Shown here: positions 53,086 to 62,489 of the stretch, piece after piece
Layout of the letters: every line of letters begins with the position of its first letter
Numbering within the stretch: position 1 is the first letter of the stretch
Source: a virus
Strand: one strand, 5' to 3'
Length of the DNA: 64,000 bases
Virus record (IMG/VR): IMGVR_UViG_3300029286_003693
Coordinates: 1-64,000 of that record
Notes under the pieces: generated by a model
What the model was told of the DNA's origin: nothing
Databases searched by the model: none
The model's input: only the letters and a program-made list of their open reading frames with translations
Program-made: the position numbers and the translations under genes

Positions 53086-53723
53086 CAGAAATCCAGCCTT
53101 GTCCGTTGGACATCCGCTCTTGCCTTGGGCGCGTTCGGGTAGAAAGCGACCAGAGAGGCAATCCCGTTTGCGGCCAGACCGCTGTATTTCTGCGTGTTCG
53201 GCATCACTCCGTCGAGCCCGTCCTCGATCTGGATGTATGCCTCTTTGAGAGTGTAATTCTGGAAGATCTCCTTGTGAAGAATCTCCGGGATGTAGTCGGG
53301 AAACACGTCCCCGACTGCCAACTCCTTCGGTTTTCCGTAGAAATGAAGCGTCATATTCTCGGCATCTTCCGGGATGGGCCTGAAGTTCAGGATCTTCCCA
53401 TCAAGGCAGATGATCTGCACGGGGCCGGTCTGTGTATCATTGGAATTCGCCTTCAATTCCTTAATGTTCGGGGCAATCAGAATGCCCTGTGGGTACGTCG
53501 GTGTCGTCACGAGGTAGAGGTCATGCAGGTAGGTCTTCGGAAGGGCCGCTGTTAGTGCCGCTGCTGCCGCCTCTACCACTGCGGTCGTCTGAAGGCCAGG
53601 GATTCGGCACATCGTAGCCAATAGGAGCAGGGCCTCGTTGAACTTTCCGATGATCCAGGTCTCGTCGTAAGTCGCGTCCTGGACTATTTTCTCAACCTCT
53701 GTCACGATTGCATCTACTTCCAT
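53085..53723 (-). CDS. Head-tail adaptor
   Basis: Helical N-terminus, FRPIP, IPEILH; position after the capsid genes. Confidence 0.7.
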   Translation of the reverse strand: MEVDAIVTEVEKIVQDATYDETWIIGKFNEALLLLATMCRIPGLQTTAVVEAAAAALTAALPKTYLHDLYLVTTPTYPQGILIAPNIKELKANSNDTQTGPVQIICLDGKILNFRPIPEDAENMTLHFYGKPKELAVGDVFPDYIPEILHKEIFQNYTLKEAYIQIEDGLDGVMPNTQKYSGLAANGIASLVAFYPNAPKARADVQRTRLDF

Positions 53724-54145
53724 CAGTTTTTCCTCTTCTGCGGTCTCTTTGATCCTTTTTTGGGATAGGCCGGGCGATCCGGTTCATCACTCTTGTCTAT
53801 CTGCCCAACATGGGGCGCGTAAGCATCCTTACCGACCTGCTCATGCACGGGCATCTCGTTCCCGAAATGCGCCGACATGCGGCTCTCGGCAGTCTCCGGG
53901 ACAGCTTCGGCTGAGTCCGCAACAGGCGCCACTTCATCCACCACTTCTTCGGTAATCTTCTTCAGGACGTTGTATTCCTTGAACGCGGTGTTGTGGAACG
54001 GGTCCGAGATCCTTTTGATGTGCTCCTGGTCCGTGATATCACTGACAAGGTGCCCATGATCGTTTCGCTTGAACTTATAGGCCGTCCCCGCCAGGTTGAC
54101 GATGCACTCGTTCTGGTCTCTCTCGACCAACAATTGAACCTGCAT
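53723..54145 (-). CDS. Phage hypothetical protein
   Basis: GGAGGAG RBS before ATG 54145. Confidence 0.6.
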   Translation of the reverse strand: MQVQLLVERDQNECIVNLAGTAYKFKRNDHGHLVSDITDQEHIKRISDPFHNTAFKEYNVLKKITEEVVDEVAPVADSAEAVPETAESRMSAHFGNEMPVHEQVGKDAYAPHVGQIDKSDEPDRPAYPKKGSKRPQKRKN

Positions 54146-54233
54146 AACTCCTCCAATGTTTGTAGGCCGTGACGGTGGAGCGAGAAGAGGGGGCACCCCC
54201 ACCGCCACGCCTACGGGGTTGTGTGGACCCTTT

Positions 54234-54680
54234 TTAGCCGCCGTACTCCGCGGCGCGGTACGTCAGAATCCCACGAATAGTCCCTGCTGCGGCTGTTCCC
54301 GCTGCCGTGGTGATGTGCATCCCAAACAGGGTCTCCGTCTCGACGGGGGCCACCATCGAAAACAGAGTCGAACGGGCAACCCCACCCGCCTGGGCCACGG
54401 TAGACGCGGGAACCATGATCTGATCAACCGCGTCCTCCGCTGCATTGATTCCGCCGCCATCCACGACGATTGCAGGGCTGCCGGCGGAATCCAGATCGTC
54501 AACGATGAGGGTGAAATCCAGGGGGATGCACCCAGCCGGGAGCGAGCACAGCGCGATGGTCTGCTCGTCCACGTTCAGAGCGGCGGTGATTTCATACGAG
54601 CCGTCGCTCACCAGAACCTTGCCAGCCTCGTCCGGGTAAACCGCAGGACGGGCGCCTGCTACATTTGCCGATTTCAACAT
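54234..54680 (-). CDS. Capsid decoration/cement protein
   Basis: LPAG...DDLDS...TAAAGTIR..LTY; directly after the MCP. Confidence 0.7.
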   Translation of the reverse strand: MLKSANVAGARPAVYPDEAGKVLVSDGSYEITAALNVDEQTIALCSLPAGCIPLDFTLIVDDLDSAGSPAIVVDGGGINAAEDAVDQIMVPASTVAQAGGVARSTLFSMVAPVETETLFGMHITTAAGTAAAGTIRGILTYRAAEYGG

Positions 54681-54706
54681 AGTCGTGTCTCCTTTTCCTT
54701 TACTGA

Positions 54707-54740
54707 AGGGGGAGATCCGTCTCCCCCGCTGTCATTCCTG
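54707..54740 (-). other. Stem-loop after the major capsid gene
   Basis: GGGGGAGA-CGGA-TCTCCCCC followed by only TT. Confidence 0.5.
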
Positions 54741-54750
54741 CGATCCCCTG

Positions 54751-55854
54751 TTACCCGACCGGCTGCTTGGCTGCCGTGTCGATTGCCATGATCCCGAAGT
54801 CCTTGGCGTTGAACTGCACCTTGGAGATTCCGAAGATCGAGTGCGTGCTGATCACGACCTGGTTTCCGCTGTCTCTCTCCTCTTCGTACCAGCCGAAGCG
54901 GAGACCGTTGCCCTTGGAACCGAAGGCGATCACTGCCGCCTGGACGCCCATGAACAGAGCCCGCGCCGCCTCAACGGTCGCGGGGTTGCCGTAGTCGGCC
55001 ATACGGATTACGGCCTGGTGCTCATGCAGGACCACGTTGTTATACATGCCGAGCCCGCCCTGGAAGATCGGGTTCTTACGGCCCTCTGCCGCTGCCGCCG
55101 CCTTCTGTATGTCCAGCCAGCCAGAGCCGCCCGTGGTCTGCCGAAGGTCGTACACCTGCCACGGGTTCATCAAGAGGACGAAGTGCTTCTCGCCGTTGAT
55201 GAGGATCGGCTGAATCTTGGGGGTTCCCCCCGTTCCGCCTCCCATCATCGAGGCCATAGCCACAGCCTTGTCGATGAGTCCCAGGGTGATCGTGTCGCCC
55301 GCGGCAATGGTCGTCTTGATCTTCGTGCCCGGCATGAGCAAGTGCTCGGTGTCGGGGGCGTTGAAGGCGTTCCCTGCAAATCCCGCGTAACTGGTCGGGA
55401 AGATGTAGTCCGCATTGGACCCGCGGAGCCCGGACAGATACATGAAGAAGAGCTCGTCGAATACCCGGCTCCACCATTCCGACTGCCGTACCCGTGCGAT
55501 CTCCCGAAGCTGGTGGATCGTCCGCTTCTGGGTCATCCTGCCGCCCGTGTTCACCCCGCCGCGCATCTGATTGATCAGGATGTCGTCGGAGTAGAACTTC
55601 AGGTCCTCTTCTTTCCCGGTCAAAGGGGTGTCCCCTTCCACAGGTTGCATTTTCAACTGCATGACGAGGTCGAAGGAAACCTTGTCTCCCGCCGTGCTTT
55701 CGAGGTCTTTTACGACCTGGATGGGCATACTGGAGCCTTCAGCGCCCATGAACTTGCGGGAGAAATAGGAATCCCGCGCCACGTCTACCGCAAGGAATGC
55801 CGAATACTTCTTGACGGCCTTGGGGTCGTTTACACCGATGATTGTCTGTCCCAT
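54751..55854 (-). CDS. Major capsid protein, N4-gp56/DUF4043 family
   Basis: MGQTIIGVNDPKAVKKYS, GGRMTQKRTIH, KNPIFQGGLGMYNNVVLHEH. Confidence 0.92.
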   Translation of the reverse strand: MGQTIIGVNDPKAVKKYSAFLAVDVARDSYFSRKFMGAEGSSMPIQVVKDLESTAGDKVSFDLVMQLKMQPVEGDTPLTGKEEDLKFYSDDILINQMRGGVNTGGRMTQKRTIHQLREIARVRQSEWWSRVFDELFFMYLSGLRGSNADYIFPTSYAGFAGNAFNAPDTEHLLMPGTKIKTTIAAGDTITLGLIDKAVAMASMMGGGTGGTPKIQPILINGEKHFVLLMNPWQVYDLRQTTGGSGWLDIQKAAAAAEGRKNPIFQGGLGMYNNVVLHEHQAVIRMADYGNPATVEAARALFMGVQAAVIAFGSKGNGLRFGWYEEERDSGNQVVISTHSIFGISKVQFNAKDFGIMAIDTAAKQPVG

Positions 55855-55974
55855 TGCGTATCCTCCTAAAAGTGATAGAAAATGTTTTTGTGTTTCACCA
55901 TCTCTCCATTTCCCCCATCACTTCCCGGTCATCGGGCTGGCTATGTTTGAACCAGAACGTGGGATGTACTGTCT

Positions 55975-57033
55975 TTATGAGCGGGCTGCGTAGATCGCCC
56001 GTTCCGTATCGCTCATCTTGGCGACTGCGTTCTCGTAGGCTTCCCCTGTGAGCTTATCAATCGCGTCATACTTGTCGTCTCCCTGATTCCCTTCCGATAC
56101 CGGGACCTTGGCAAGCGTCTTGACACCCGCGGCCCTCTCGGCCTCCGCCTTCTTTGCGGCTTCGATAGCCTTGCGCTTCTCCTCGGCGGCCTCAATAGCC
56201 GTGCGCTTCTCTTCGATGGACACGACATTGCCATCGTCCGCCTTGGGCGGTCCTTCCGGGTGGAAAACCGCGTCGCATTCTTTCTTTGCGGCTGCGAAAA
56301 TCTGGGCGTCGGTCATCTTCTTCGACTCGTCGGTGGCCAGGAGCCGGTTGACGGCGTCCACAAAAGCCACATTCTTGATCCGCTCTGCGGAATACTCTGG
56401 GTTGCTGCTAAAAAAATCGGCTTGGGCGTCCTTCCATCCCTTTTCAGCTGCAGCCTTCTGGACCTGGGCGTTGATCTTGTCGAACATCTTCATCTCGGTG
56501 AGCGATTCGACGTACTCGGCGCGTTCCTTGTTGTAAGCGGCCAGGGTGATGTCCCCATCCTCGAACTTCGTGTCGAGCGCCGTCATCTTGGCTTCGATTT
56601 CCTCCCTGGTTCCGTGCTTTTTCTCGGCCTCCAGGATGAAAACAGGTTCGTTTTTGGGTACAATGACGGTCGCTGCCGCAGCTGACTTTTCCGCCTTCTG
56701 CGCTGCCTCCAGGTCTGCCGCCTCTTTGGCTGCCTGGACTGCCGCTGCCGCCTCTGCGTCTGCCGCCGCCTTGGCTTTGGCCTCTTCTTCGAGCTTCTCT
56801 GCTTCCGCTTCCGCTTCCTCCGCCGCCTTCTCCTCTTCAGTCTTCTCCTCCACCGCCTTCTTCTCGACCGTCCGCTTGGCTTCCCCTGCCCCCTCTTCCT
56901 TCGCCTTGGCGGCTGCGGCGGCCTCTTCCTCGGCTTTGATCTCCTCCGTGCTCTTGTTTTCCGTTTCCCCATCAAGGGCCTCTCGCTCTTCGGGGCTCAG
57001 CATCGCCAGCTCGTCTTCCGTGATCTTTCCCAT
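55975..57033 (-). CDS. Capsid scaffolding protein
   Basis: E/A/K-rich helical protein between portal and MCP. Confidence 0.75.
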   Translation of the reverse strand: MGKITEDELAMLSPEEREALDGETENKSTEEIKAEEEAAAAAKAKEEGAGEAKRTVEKKAVEEKTEEEKAAEEAEAEAEKLEEEAKAKAAADAEAAAAVQAAKEAADLEAAQKAEKSAAAATVIVPKNEPVFILEAEKKHGTREEIEAKMTALDTKFEDGDITLAAYNKERAEYVESLTEMKMFDKINAQVQKAAAEKGWKDAQADFFSSNPEYSAERIKNVAFVDAVNRLLATDESKKMTDAQIFAAAKKECDAVFHPEGPPKADDGNVVSIEEKRTAIEAAEEKRKAIEAAKKAEAERAAGVKTLAKVPVSEGNQGDDKYDAIDKLTGEAYENAVAKMSDTERAIYAARS

Positions 57034-57059
57034 AATGTCGTCCTCCCTCTCTGTCCCGG

Positions 57060-57167
57060 GTTGATTCGGGCAACAAAAAAGGACGGCTGTAGAAGTGTAG
57101 GCTCCTACAAGCCGTCCTCGTTTGTTCTTGCGTCCCCTTTCGGTATGCCTACCGTCTGGGGAACCCT
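57060..57167 (-). ncRNA. Candidate structured cis-regulatory RNA with terminator-like hairpin, copy B
   Basis: Covarying homolog of 51721-51831; AGGACGGC...GCCGTCCT followed by a T-tract. Confidence 0.6.
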
Positions 57168-57186
57168 TATTTTCTAATAACTACCC

Positions 57187-59622
57187 TTACTCCTTATGGT
57201 TGTTGCTCTTCAGTCCCCTTTCGACTGACCCGTTCGGCTTGTCCTTCGCCTTGACCAATTTCTCGTCGAGGGCCAGGCGCTTTACATCCATGATCCGGGT
57301 ATGCTCGCCCGCCTTTTCTGTGTTCTCAGCGTTCCGCTCGGTCATCATCAGACCATGCGCCGCCGACTCCTCTTTGACGTTCTGATCCCGCGTCTGCATG
57401 GTCCTCTGGTGCTCGCCCTGCTCGATGGTATTCAGCGTGCTGGCCTTCTCCATCCGGAGCTTTTCCTTGTCATAATCGACACCCGCGGCGCTCACCTGCT
57501 GGTTAACCGACTCAGTCTTGATCTTCGCGGCGATAAGCTGGGCTTCTTGTTCAAGCTTCTTGACCTTCGCCTGTTCGGCTGCGAGCTGCGTCTGAAGGAT
57601 CTGGTTTTGTGTCTCTGCCGCCTGCGTCGCTGCATCTGCCTTGGCCTGATCTGCAGCCTGATCTTCGGGAGTGGCCGCACCCTCAGTTCCCCGTTGGCCG
57701 GTGATTGCCCTGAACCGATCGACAAACTTTTCTTTACCGGGTAAATCGGACAACTCGAACCATAGATCAATAACTTGTATTGCTGCTTCGGGCTGCAAGG
57801 TCTTGAGGATCTCAGTCATTGACTCGAACATGGCCTCGCGGATCGTCGCGGAGTAATCCTGCTCGGAAATGACGAAATCGGCCTGACTTGCCGTGATGTC
57901 GCCGATGATCTCATCCGTCTCCGGGTCATATTTGTTGATCTCAAGGAACTCGGGCGTCTTGCCGTTCTCGCCCCCGGTGATCCGGATCTTTTTTTCCTCG
58001 GTGTAGAGCTGCTCGATCATCGACAAAATGATTTCACCAGACAGCTTGAAGGCCAGCCGGTTGTTATCGAAGAATGCCGTCGTTACAACACCGCCCTGCT
58101 CCTGCCGCGCCCTGATCGCCTTCCCCGACACAGCATTCGTGTCCCGCCCCATCAGTTCGTCCGTCACGCCTGACGCGCTCTGGATGTACTTCTCGTCCTG
58201 GGTCATCAGCATGACGTGCTCTTCAGCCATCTTGTTCTCGTTCTGGATCTCGACCCCGCGTTGACTCTTTGGGTTGACCTTGATCAATCCGTCCGGGCGA
58301 TTCGCCTCCTGGACGATGTCGCTCCAACTCTGGTCGGTGTTGTCGATCGCGTCGTCATCCGCCATTACCCGGTTGGCTGACAACAGGTAGAGAGCCTTTG
58401 ACCGGCGCTTGTTCAGGTCTTTCTGCGGGTCTCTGAGATTCCGGACAATGCCGTAGGGCGTCCCGTCCTTCTTCCGTTTGAAGCCCCAGATCGGCACCAG
58501 ACTGAAGCGCTTGTGTCGGTACGGGCTCTCCCCGTCCTGCAATACCGAGTCGCCGGTGAAGATTATCTGACGCATCTCCATCACGGTTGACTCGACCGGC
58601 TGACCGATTCCCAGCTCCACCAGTTTCTGGTGCTTCCCCTCATCGAACGTGATCCCCTGAAGCGTTCCCAGTTCCTTGCCGCGCAACAGCTTCTTTCTTG
58701 CCGGGGTCCGATACTGACACTCGACCAGGAACACACGATCCCGCGGCTCAACAGAGGTCTGGGTGCCGATGTACCCGAAAAACCCGGTGTACTGCGGCAT
58801 AAAGCCTGTACTGCTGTGCGGCATCCCGCCCGCCATCTTTGGATCGAAGGCAGGATCAAGCATTTCCGCAAAGGTCTCGTACCCGAATCCCTGATCCCCG
58901 CTGATAACAGAAGCATGGATAACGTCCGCCCTGTCCGGGAACATGGCACAGGCAACGTCTTCATCCACCCACTTGCCCCTGAAAACGTAACGGGCGTCGG
59001 AGAGGTCGTCCTCGACGGCCAGCGTGTCCCACCAGATGTATCGCCAATCCTCGTAAGAGACGACAAGGGGCTCGTTGTCCGGGTCCGCGTTGATCCCGTG
59101 ATCGATCCACCCTACCCCGGCCAGCACGGCATCGGCGAATGACTTCGACCGCTTGAATCCCGCGTTGTTCGCGTCGGAGACGTATTTGAAGAGCTTCGTC
59201 TTCATCTCCGCGCTCTTCGCGTCCTCTTCACCCCTGGGTAGAACGCGATAGTCAACCCGGATCTTCTTTTCAGTCCCGAGCACCCAATCGACCGTTGGCT
59301 TGACCTGGTTGAAGGTGATCGGCACCTGGGTCCGTTTGGCCAGGATCGCCTTCTCTTCCTGCGTCCACTGCCCCGGTCCGTCGTAAAACTCATGGTCTAC
59401 CATCGACTCACAACGGAAATCGGCCTGTCGCACCCTCTCTTGGGCGAACCATGACGACACCTTCGTGAACCGCTTGCGGACATCCTCCCTGTCGAGCGGA
59501 TGAACTCCTTCGGGCGGCTTTTCAAGCCCCAGATCATCCAGGTGTTCATCAACGTCGAACTCGCGAGGGGTGTATTCCTCGATGCTCCTTACGTTTTCGG
59601 CTCTTTGAGTTCGCTCGCTCAT
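57187..59622 (-). CDS. P22-like portal protein
   Basis: FYDG..QW, ITFNQVKP.VD.VLGTE, YGIVRNLRDPQKDLNKRRSK, SGKAIRARQEQG. Confidence 0.92.
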   Translation of the reverse strand: MSERTQRAENVRSIEEYTPREFDVDEHLDDLGLEKPPEGVHPLDREDVRKRFTKVSSWFAQERVRQADFRCESMVDHEFYDGPGQWTQEEKAILAKRTQVPITFNQVKPTVDWVLGTEKKIRVDYRVLPRGEEDAKSAEMKTKLFKYVSDANNAGFKRSKSFADAVLAGVGWIDHGINADPDNEPLVVSYEDWRYIWWDTLAVEDDLSDARYVFRGKWVDEDVACAMFPDRADVIHASVISGDQGFGYETFAEMLDPAFDPKMAGGMPHSSTGFMPQYTGFFGYIGTQTSVEPRDRVFLVECQYRTPARKKLLRGKELGTLQGITFDEGKHQKLVELGIGQPVESTVMEMRQIIFTGDSVLQDGESPYRHKRFSLVPIWGFKRKKDGTPYGIVRNLRDPQKDLNKRRSKALYLLSANRVMADDDAIDNTDQSWSDIVQEANRPDGLIKVNPKSQRGVEIQNENKMAEEHVMLMTQDEKYIQSASGVTDELMGRDTNAVSGKAIRARQEQGGVVTTAFFDNNRLAFKLSGEIILSMIEQLYTEEKKIRITGGENGKTPEFLEINKYDPETDEIIGDITASQADFVISEQDYSATIREAMFESMTEILKTLQPEAAIQVIDLWFELSDLPGKEKFVDRFRAITGQRGTEGAATPEDQAADQAKADAATQAAETQNQILQTQLAAEQAKVKKLEQEAQLIAAKIKTESVNQQVSAAGVDYDKEKLRMEKASTLNTIEQGEHQRTMQTRDQNVKEESAAHGLMMTERNAENTEKAGEHTRIMDVKRLALDEKLVKAKDKPNGSVERGLKSNNHKE

Positions 59623-59629
59623 GACTACA

Positions 59630-60919
59630 TCAACCCTCTGCCACCGTTATCAAAAGAGGTTGCACGCTGTTGATCCGTTTGTCGGCTATCTCAACATATT
59701 CAGGATTCAGTTCGATCCCGATGAACCCAAATCCCTCCGCTGCCGCTGCTTTCCCTGTTGAACCGCTACCCATGAAGGGATCAAGAATCACGCCGCCGGG
59801 AGGCGTAACAAGGCGGCAGAGGTAGCGCATCAGGGCGGTTGGTTTGACTGTGGGGTGGAAATTACCCTTCGTGTCTGTGTTCTCAACCTTTCGGAGTGTG
59901 GTACCGTGGTGGAACTGGGGGCCAGGATTATTCAGCCCTTCATTACGATCTTCCCGGCTCGCCTTTGCGCAGTAGAAGAACCGGGCGGTTGAACCGGAGT
60001 CGCCGGGGGTGTCGCGCTTTGTAATGTCTGGGTCCATGTATCCGTAGGTATTCCGGTTAGGTCCTTCAGAATTAAGCCTTCTTTGTCCTGCAGACATCTT
60101 CCCGCTCGTCGTCACCGGAAACAGCCCCACCACTTGATCGCTGCCGTCATATATAAGGTTGGCAGGCCAGCGTCCGTTTGCACTCACGACCTCTGGCGTG
60201 TCGCTCCCTGTCTGATTCATCCCCCATCCATTTTTCTCGCTTTTCTTCGAGCGGTTCATTGTCCTCAATTGTGATGCGTCGGCCTTCGGGTCAATTCCCA
60301 CCCTGCACCCATCGATATTCAATCCCCCCGTCCCATACTTCAGGACGTTGGCGGCCACGGTACCGATTAAGGGCTTCCGGCAAACCAAGACCGGCTCCCA
60401 TGCTGGCTTGAGGGCAGTGCCCCAGCCTTCCCATTGACGGGCGGTATCAGTTGCGGGGGCGGTGATGTCAAAAACCTTTCCACTTCCATCCATGTACCCA
60501 ATTCCAGTATCCCCTTTACCGTGATTGTCGAGCTTTATCCTGTGCGGCCCACTGCCGTTTTCGTTGACGCCCACCACTTGCCGTTCTGCCCCCGCCGCCT
60601 TGTCGATCGCCTTACTCACATCTAGCGACTTAGGGAACCCTGAACCATACACCCACATCACGGTATCCCGAATCTCCCACCCCGCATCCTCTATCGCAAC
60701 AGCCAGCCGGTGAAAGGTTCGTGTCCCACCAAAGGCCAGCATATACGCACCCGGCTTCGCTACCCTCAATGCCGCTTCCCAAAACGGAACACCCGGCACA
60801 CCGTGATCCCAATCCTTACCCATGAAGGAAAGGCCATAAGGAGGATCACAGACGATGGAGTCAACCGATTCGGTTTCAAGCGTTGGCATAATGTTCAGGC
60901 AATCGCCCTCATAAATCAT
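59630..60919 (-). CDS. Orphan beta-class DNA amino-methyltransferase (DPPY)
   Basis: CDPPYG, HPTVKP, LDPFMGSGSTG. Confidence 0.92.
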   Translation of the reverse strand: MIYEGDCLNIMPTLETESVDSIVCDPPYGLSFMGKDWDHGVPGVPFWEAALRVAKPGAYMLAFGGTRTFHRLAVAIEDAGWEIRDTVMWVYGSGFPKSLDVSKAIDKAAGAERQVVGVNENGSGPHRIKLDNHGKGDTGIGYMDGSGKVFDITAPATDTARQWEGWGTALKPAWEPVLVCRKPLIGTVAANVLKYGTGGLNIDGCRVGIDPKADASQLRTMNRSKKSEKNGWGMNQTGSDTPEVVSANGRWPANLIYDGSDQVVGLFPVTTSGKMSAGQRRLNSEGPNRNTYGYMDPDITKRDTPGDSGSTARFFYCAKASREDRNEGLNNPGPQFHHGTTLRKVENTDTKGNFHPTVKPTALMRYLCRLVTPPGGVILDPFMGSGSTGKAAAAEGFGFIGIELNPEYVEIADKRINSVQPLLITVAEG

Positions 60920-61299
60920 GACTGCATCATCCCCACTTTAATATCGGGCCTGTTACTCGCCGGCTGCATGTCGATCACCGTGTTCGGGTCGTCGTACCCT
61001 GCCCTGAACGGCGGCATCTTCACGAGGTCGTCTATCCCATCCATGATCGTGTCTGTTATTGAAGACATCACCTGCACGAACTGACGCTTGCGCGTCGGCA
61101 CCTCAATGTCAAACAACTTGCAGATTTGCAGCACCTTACCTGTTATGAACCCCCCGAACTCATCATTGTGCGTGTCGCTGTATTTCCAGAGGTCATCCAG
61201 TGTGATGATGAAGCGCTTCTTATTGTCCCGTTGCGCCCCGTTCAGGATCATGACTGGTTTACCCTTGAAGTATCCGTAGTCCCTCTCGATTACTCTCAT
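60916..61299 (-). CDS. Phage hypothetical protein
   Basis: ATGA-coupled on both sides. Confidence 0.7.
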   Translation of the reverse strand: MRVIERDYGYFKGKPVMILNGAQRDNKKRFIITLDDLWKYSDTHNDEFGGFITGKVLQICKLFDIEVPTRKRQFVQVMSSITDTIMDGIDDLVKMPPFRAGYDDPNTVIDMQPASNRPDIKVGMMQS

Positions 61300-62489
61300 G
61301 CTGTCACCGCGAATAAGAGAGGCTGCACGTTGTTAATCCGCTTCTCTGCCATTTTTGCATACTCAGGATTTAACTCGATACCGACGAAATTACGGCCTAA
61401 CTTCTCGGCCACCAGCCCCGTTGTTCCGGCGCCGGAGAAGGGATCAAGGACGACGCAGGGAGTAGGTTCGTGGTTGTGGGTGCAGGTCGGTCGCCAATCG
61501 TTTGTTGCTATCCGTTGTGGCGTATATGTTGCGCCACTGAGCGACCTAATCCCTGAAGGATTTCCACCCTTATCTGGGAAATAATCTCCAACATCTTTTC
61601 GCGCCCTATCGTTCGTAGCACCCGTTTTCTCCACCATCCTCACCCACGGACTCCCGCACTCGGGGCAGCACCCCTTCTCACTCGTTCCGGCCTTAATACA
61701 TGGCGTCACAAGGGCTTCGGGGAATGTGGCAAAATGGGCTCCAGGGAATGGCTGGGTGGGAATAGTCCAGACAGAACGGCAGTTGCGGCCAGTAGGATGG
61801 CCAACGCTGCGTTTCCGGCCGATTTTAGTTGCAGAGCTGGCTTTACTAAATGGGTCTATTAAATCCTTATGTTTTCCACCGATACGGTCTCGGCTTTCCT
61901 CCATTTTCTTAATATCAGATGGTCCGCTTTGACAAGCTTCCTTGATTGCCTCCGCGTCATAGTAATACCGCTGACTCTTAACCAGTAGGAACAAATACTC
62001 ATGACTCTTTGTCGGTCTGTCCGTTACACTCTCTGGCATGGGGTTCGGCTTGTGCCAGATAATGTCGGAACGTAACCACCATCCGTCAGCTTGAAGGGCG
62101 AAGGCCACGTGCCAGGGGATCCCAATCAGGTCTTTGGGCTTCAATGTCTTAATATTGGTAGGCATACCAAAACGTGATTTTTCTGTTGATGGCTTACCAA
62201 ACTCAGTATGTTTTGCTTGATATTCTGGGTTGCTTCCTGCTTTCCCGCTGCCATTATACGAATCTCCCAAATTCAACCACACCGTCCCGTCATCCCGCAG
62301 CACCCTCCGCACTTCCCGGAACACGGCTACGAGCTTGGCTACATAGGCGTCTGGCGAATCCTCCAGCCCGATCTGGCCATCCACCCCATAATCCCGAAGG
62401 CCGTAATATGGCGGCGATGTCACAACACACTGAACAGAATCGGGTTCAAGCGCAGGCATAATGTCCAGGCAATCACCTTGATAAATCAT
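61296..62489 (-). CDS. Orphan beta-class DNA methyltransferase (SPPY, probably N4-cytosine)
   Basis: TSPPYYGLRDY, HFATFP, LDPFSGAGTTG. Confidence 0.92.
   Translation of the reverse strand: MIYQGDCLDIMPALEPDSVQCVVTSPPYYGLRDYGVDGQIGLEDSPDAYVAKLVAVFREVRRVLRDDGTVWLNLGDSYNGSGKAGSNPEYQAKHTEFGKPSTEKSRFGMPTNIKTLKPKDLIGIPWHVAFALQADGWWLRSDIIWHKPNPMPESVTDRPTKSHEYLFLLVKSQRYYYDAEAIKEACQSGPSDIKKMEESRDRIGGKHKDLIDPFSKASSATKIGRKRSVGHPTGRNCRSVWTIPTQPFPGAHFATFPEALVTPCIKAGTSEKGCCPECGSPWVRMVEKTGATNDRARKDVGDYFPDKGGNPSGIRSLSGATYTPQRIATNDWRPTCTHNHEPTPCVVLDPFSGAGTTGLVAEKLGRNFVGIELNPEYAKMAEKRINNVQPLLFAVTA

Noticed and set aside
54685-55869. 394-aa plus-strand ORF
   Set aside because: Antisense shadow of the major capsid gene.
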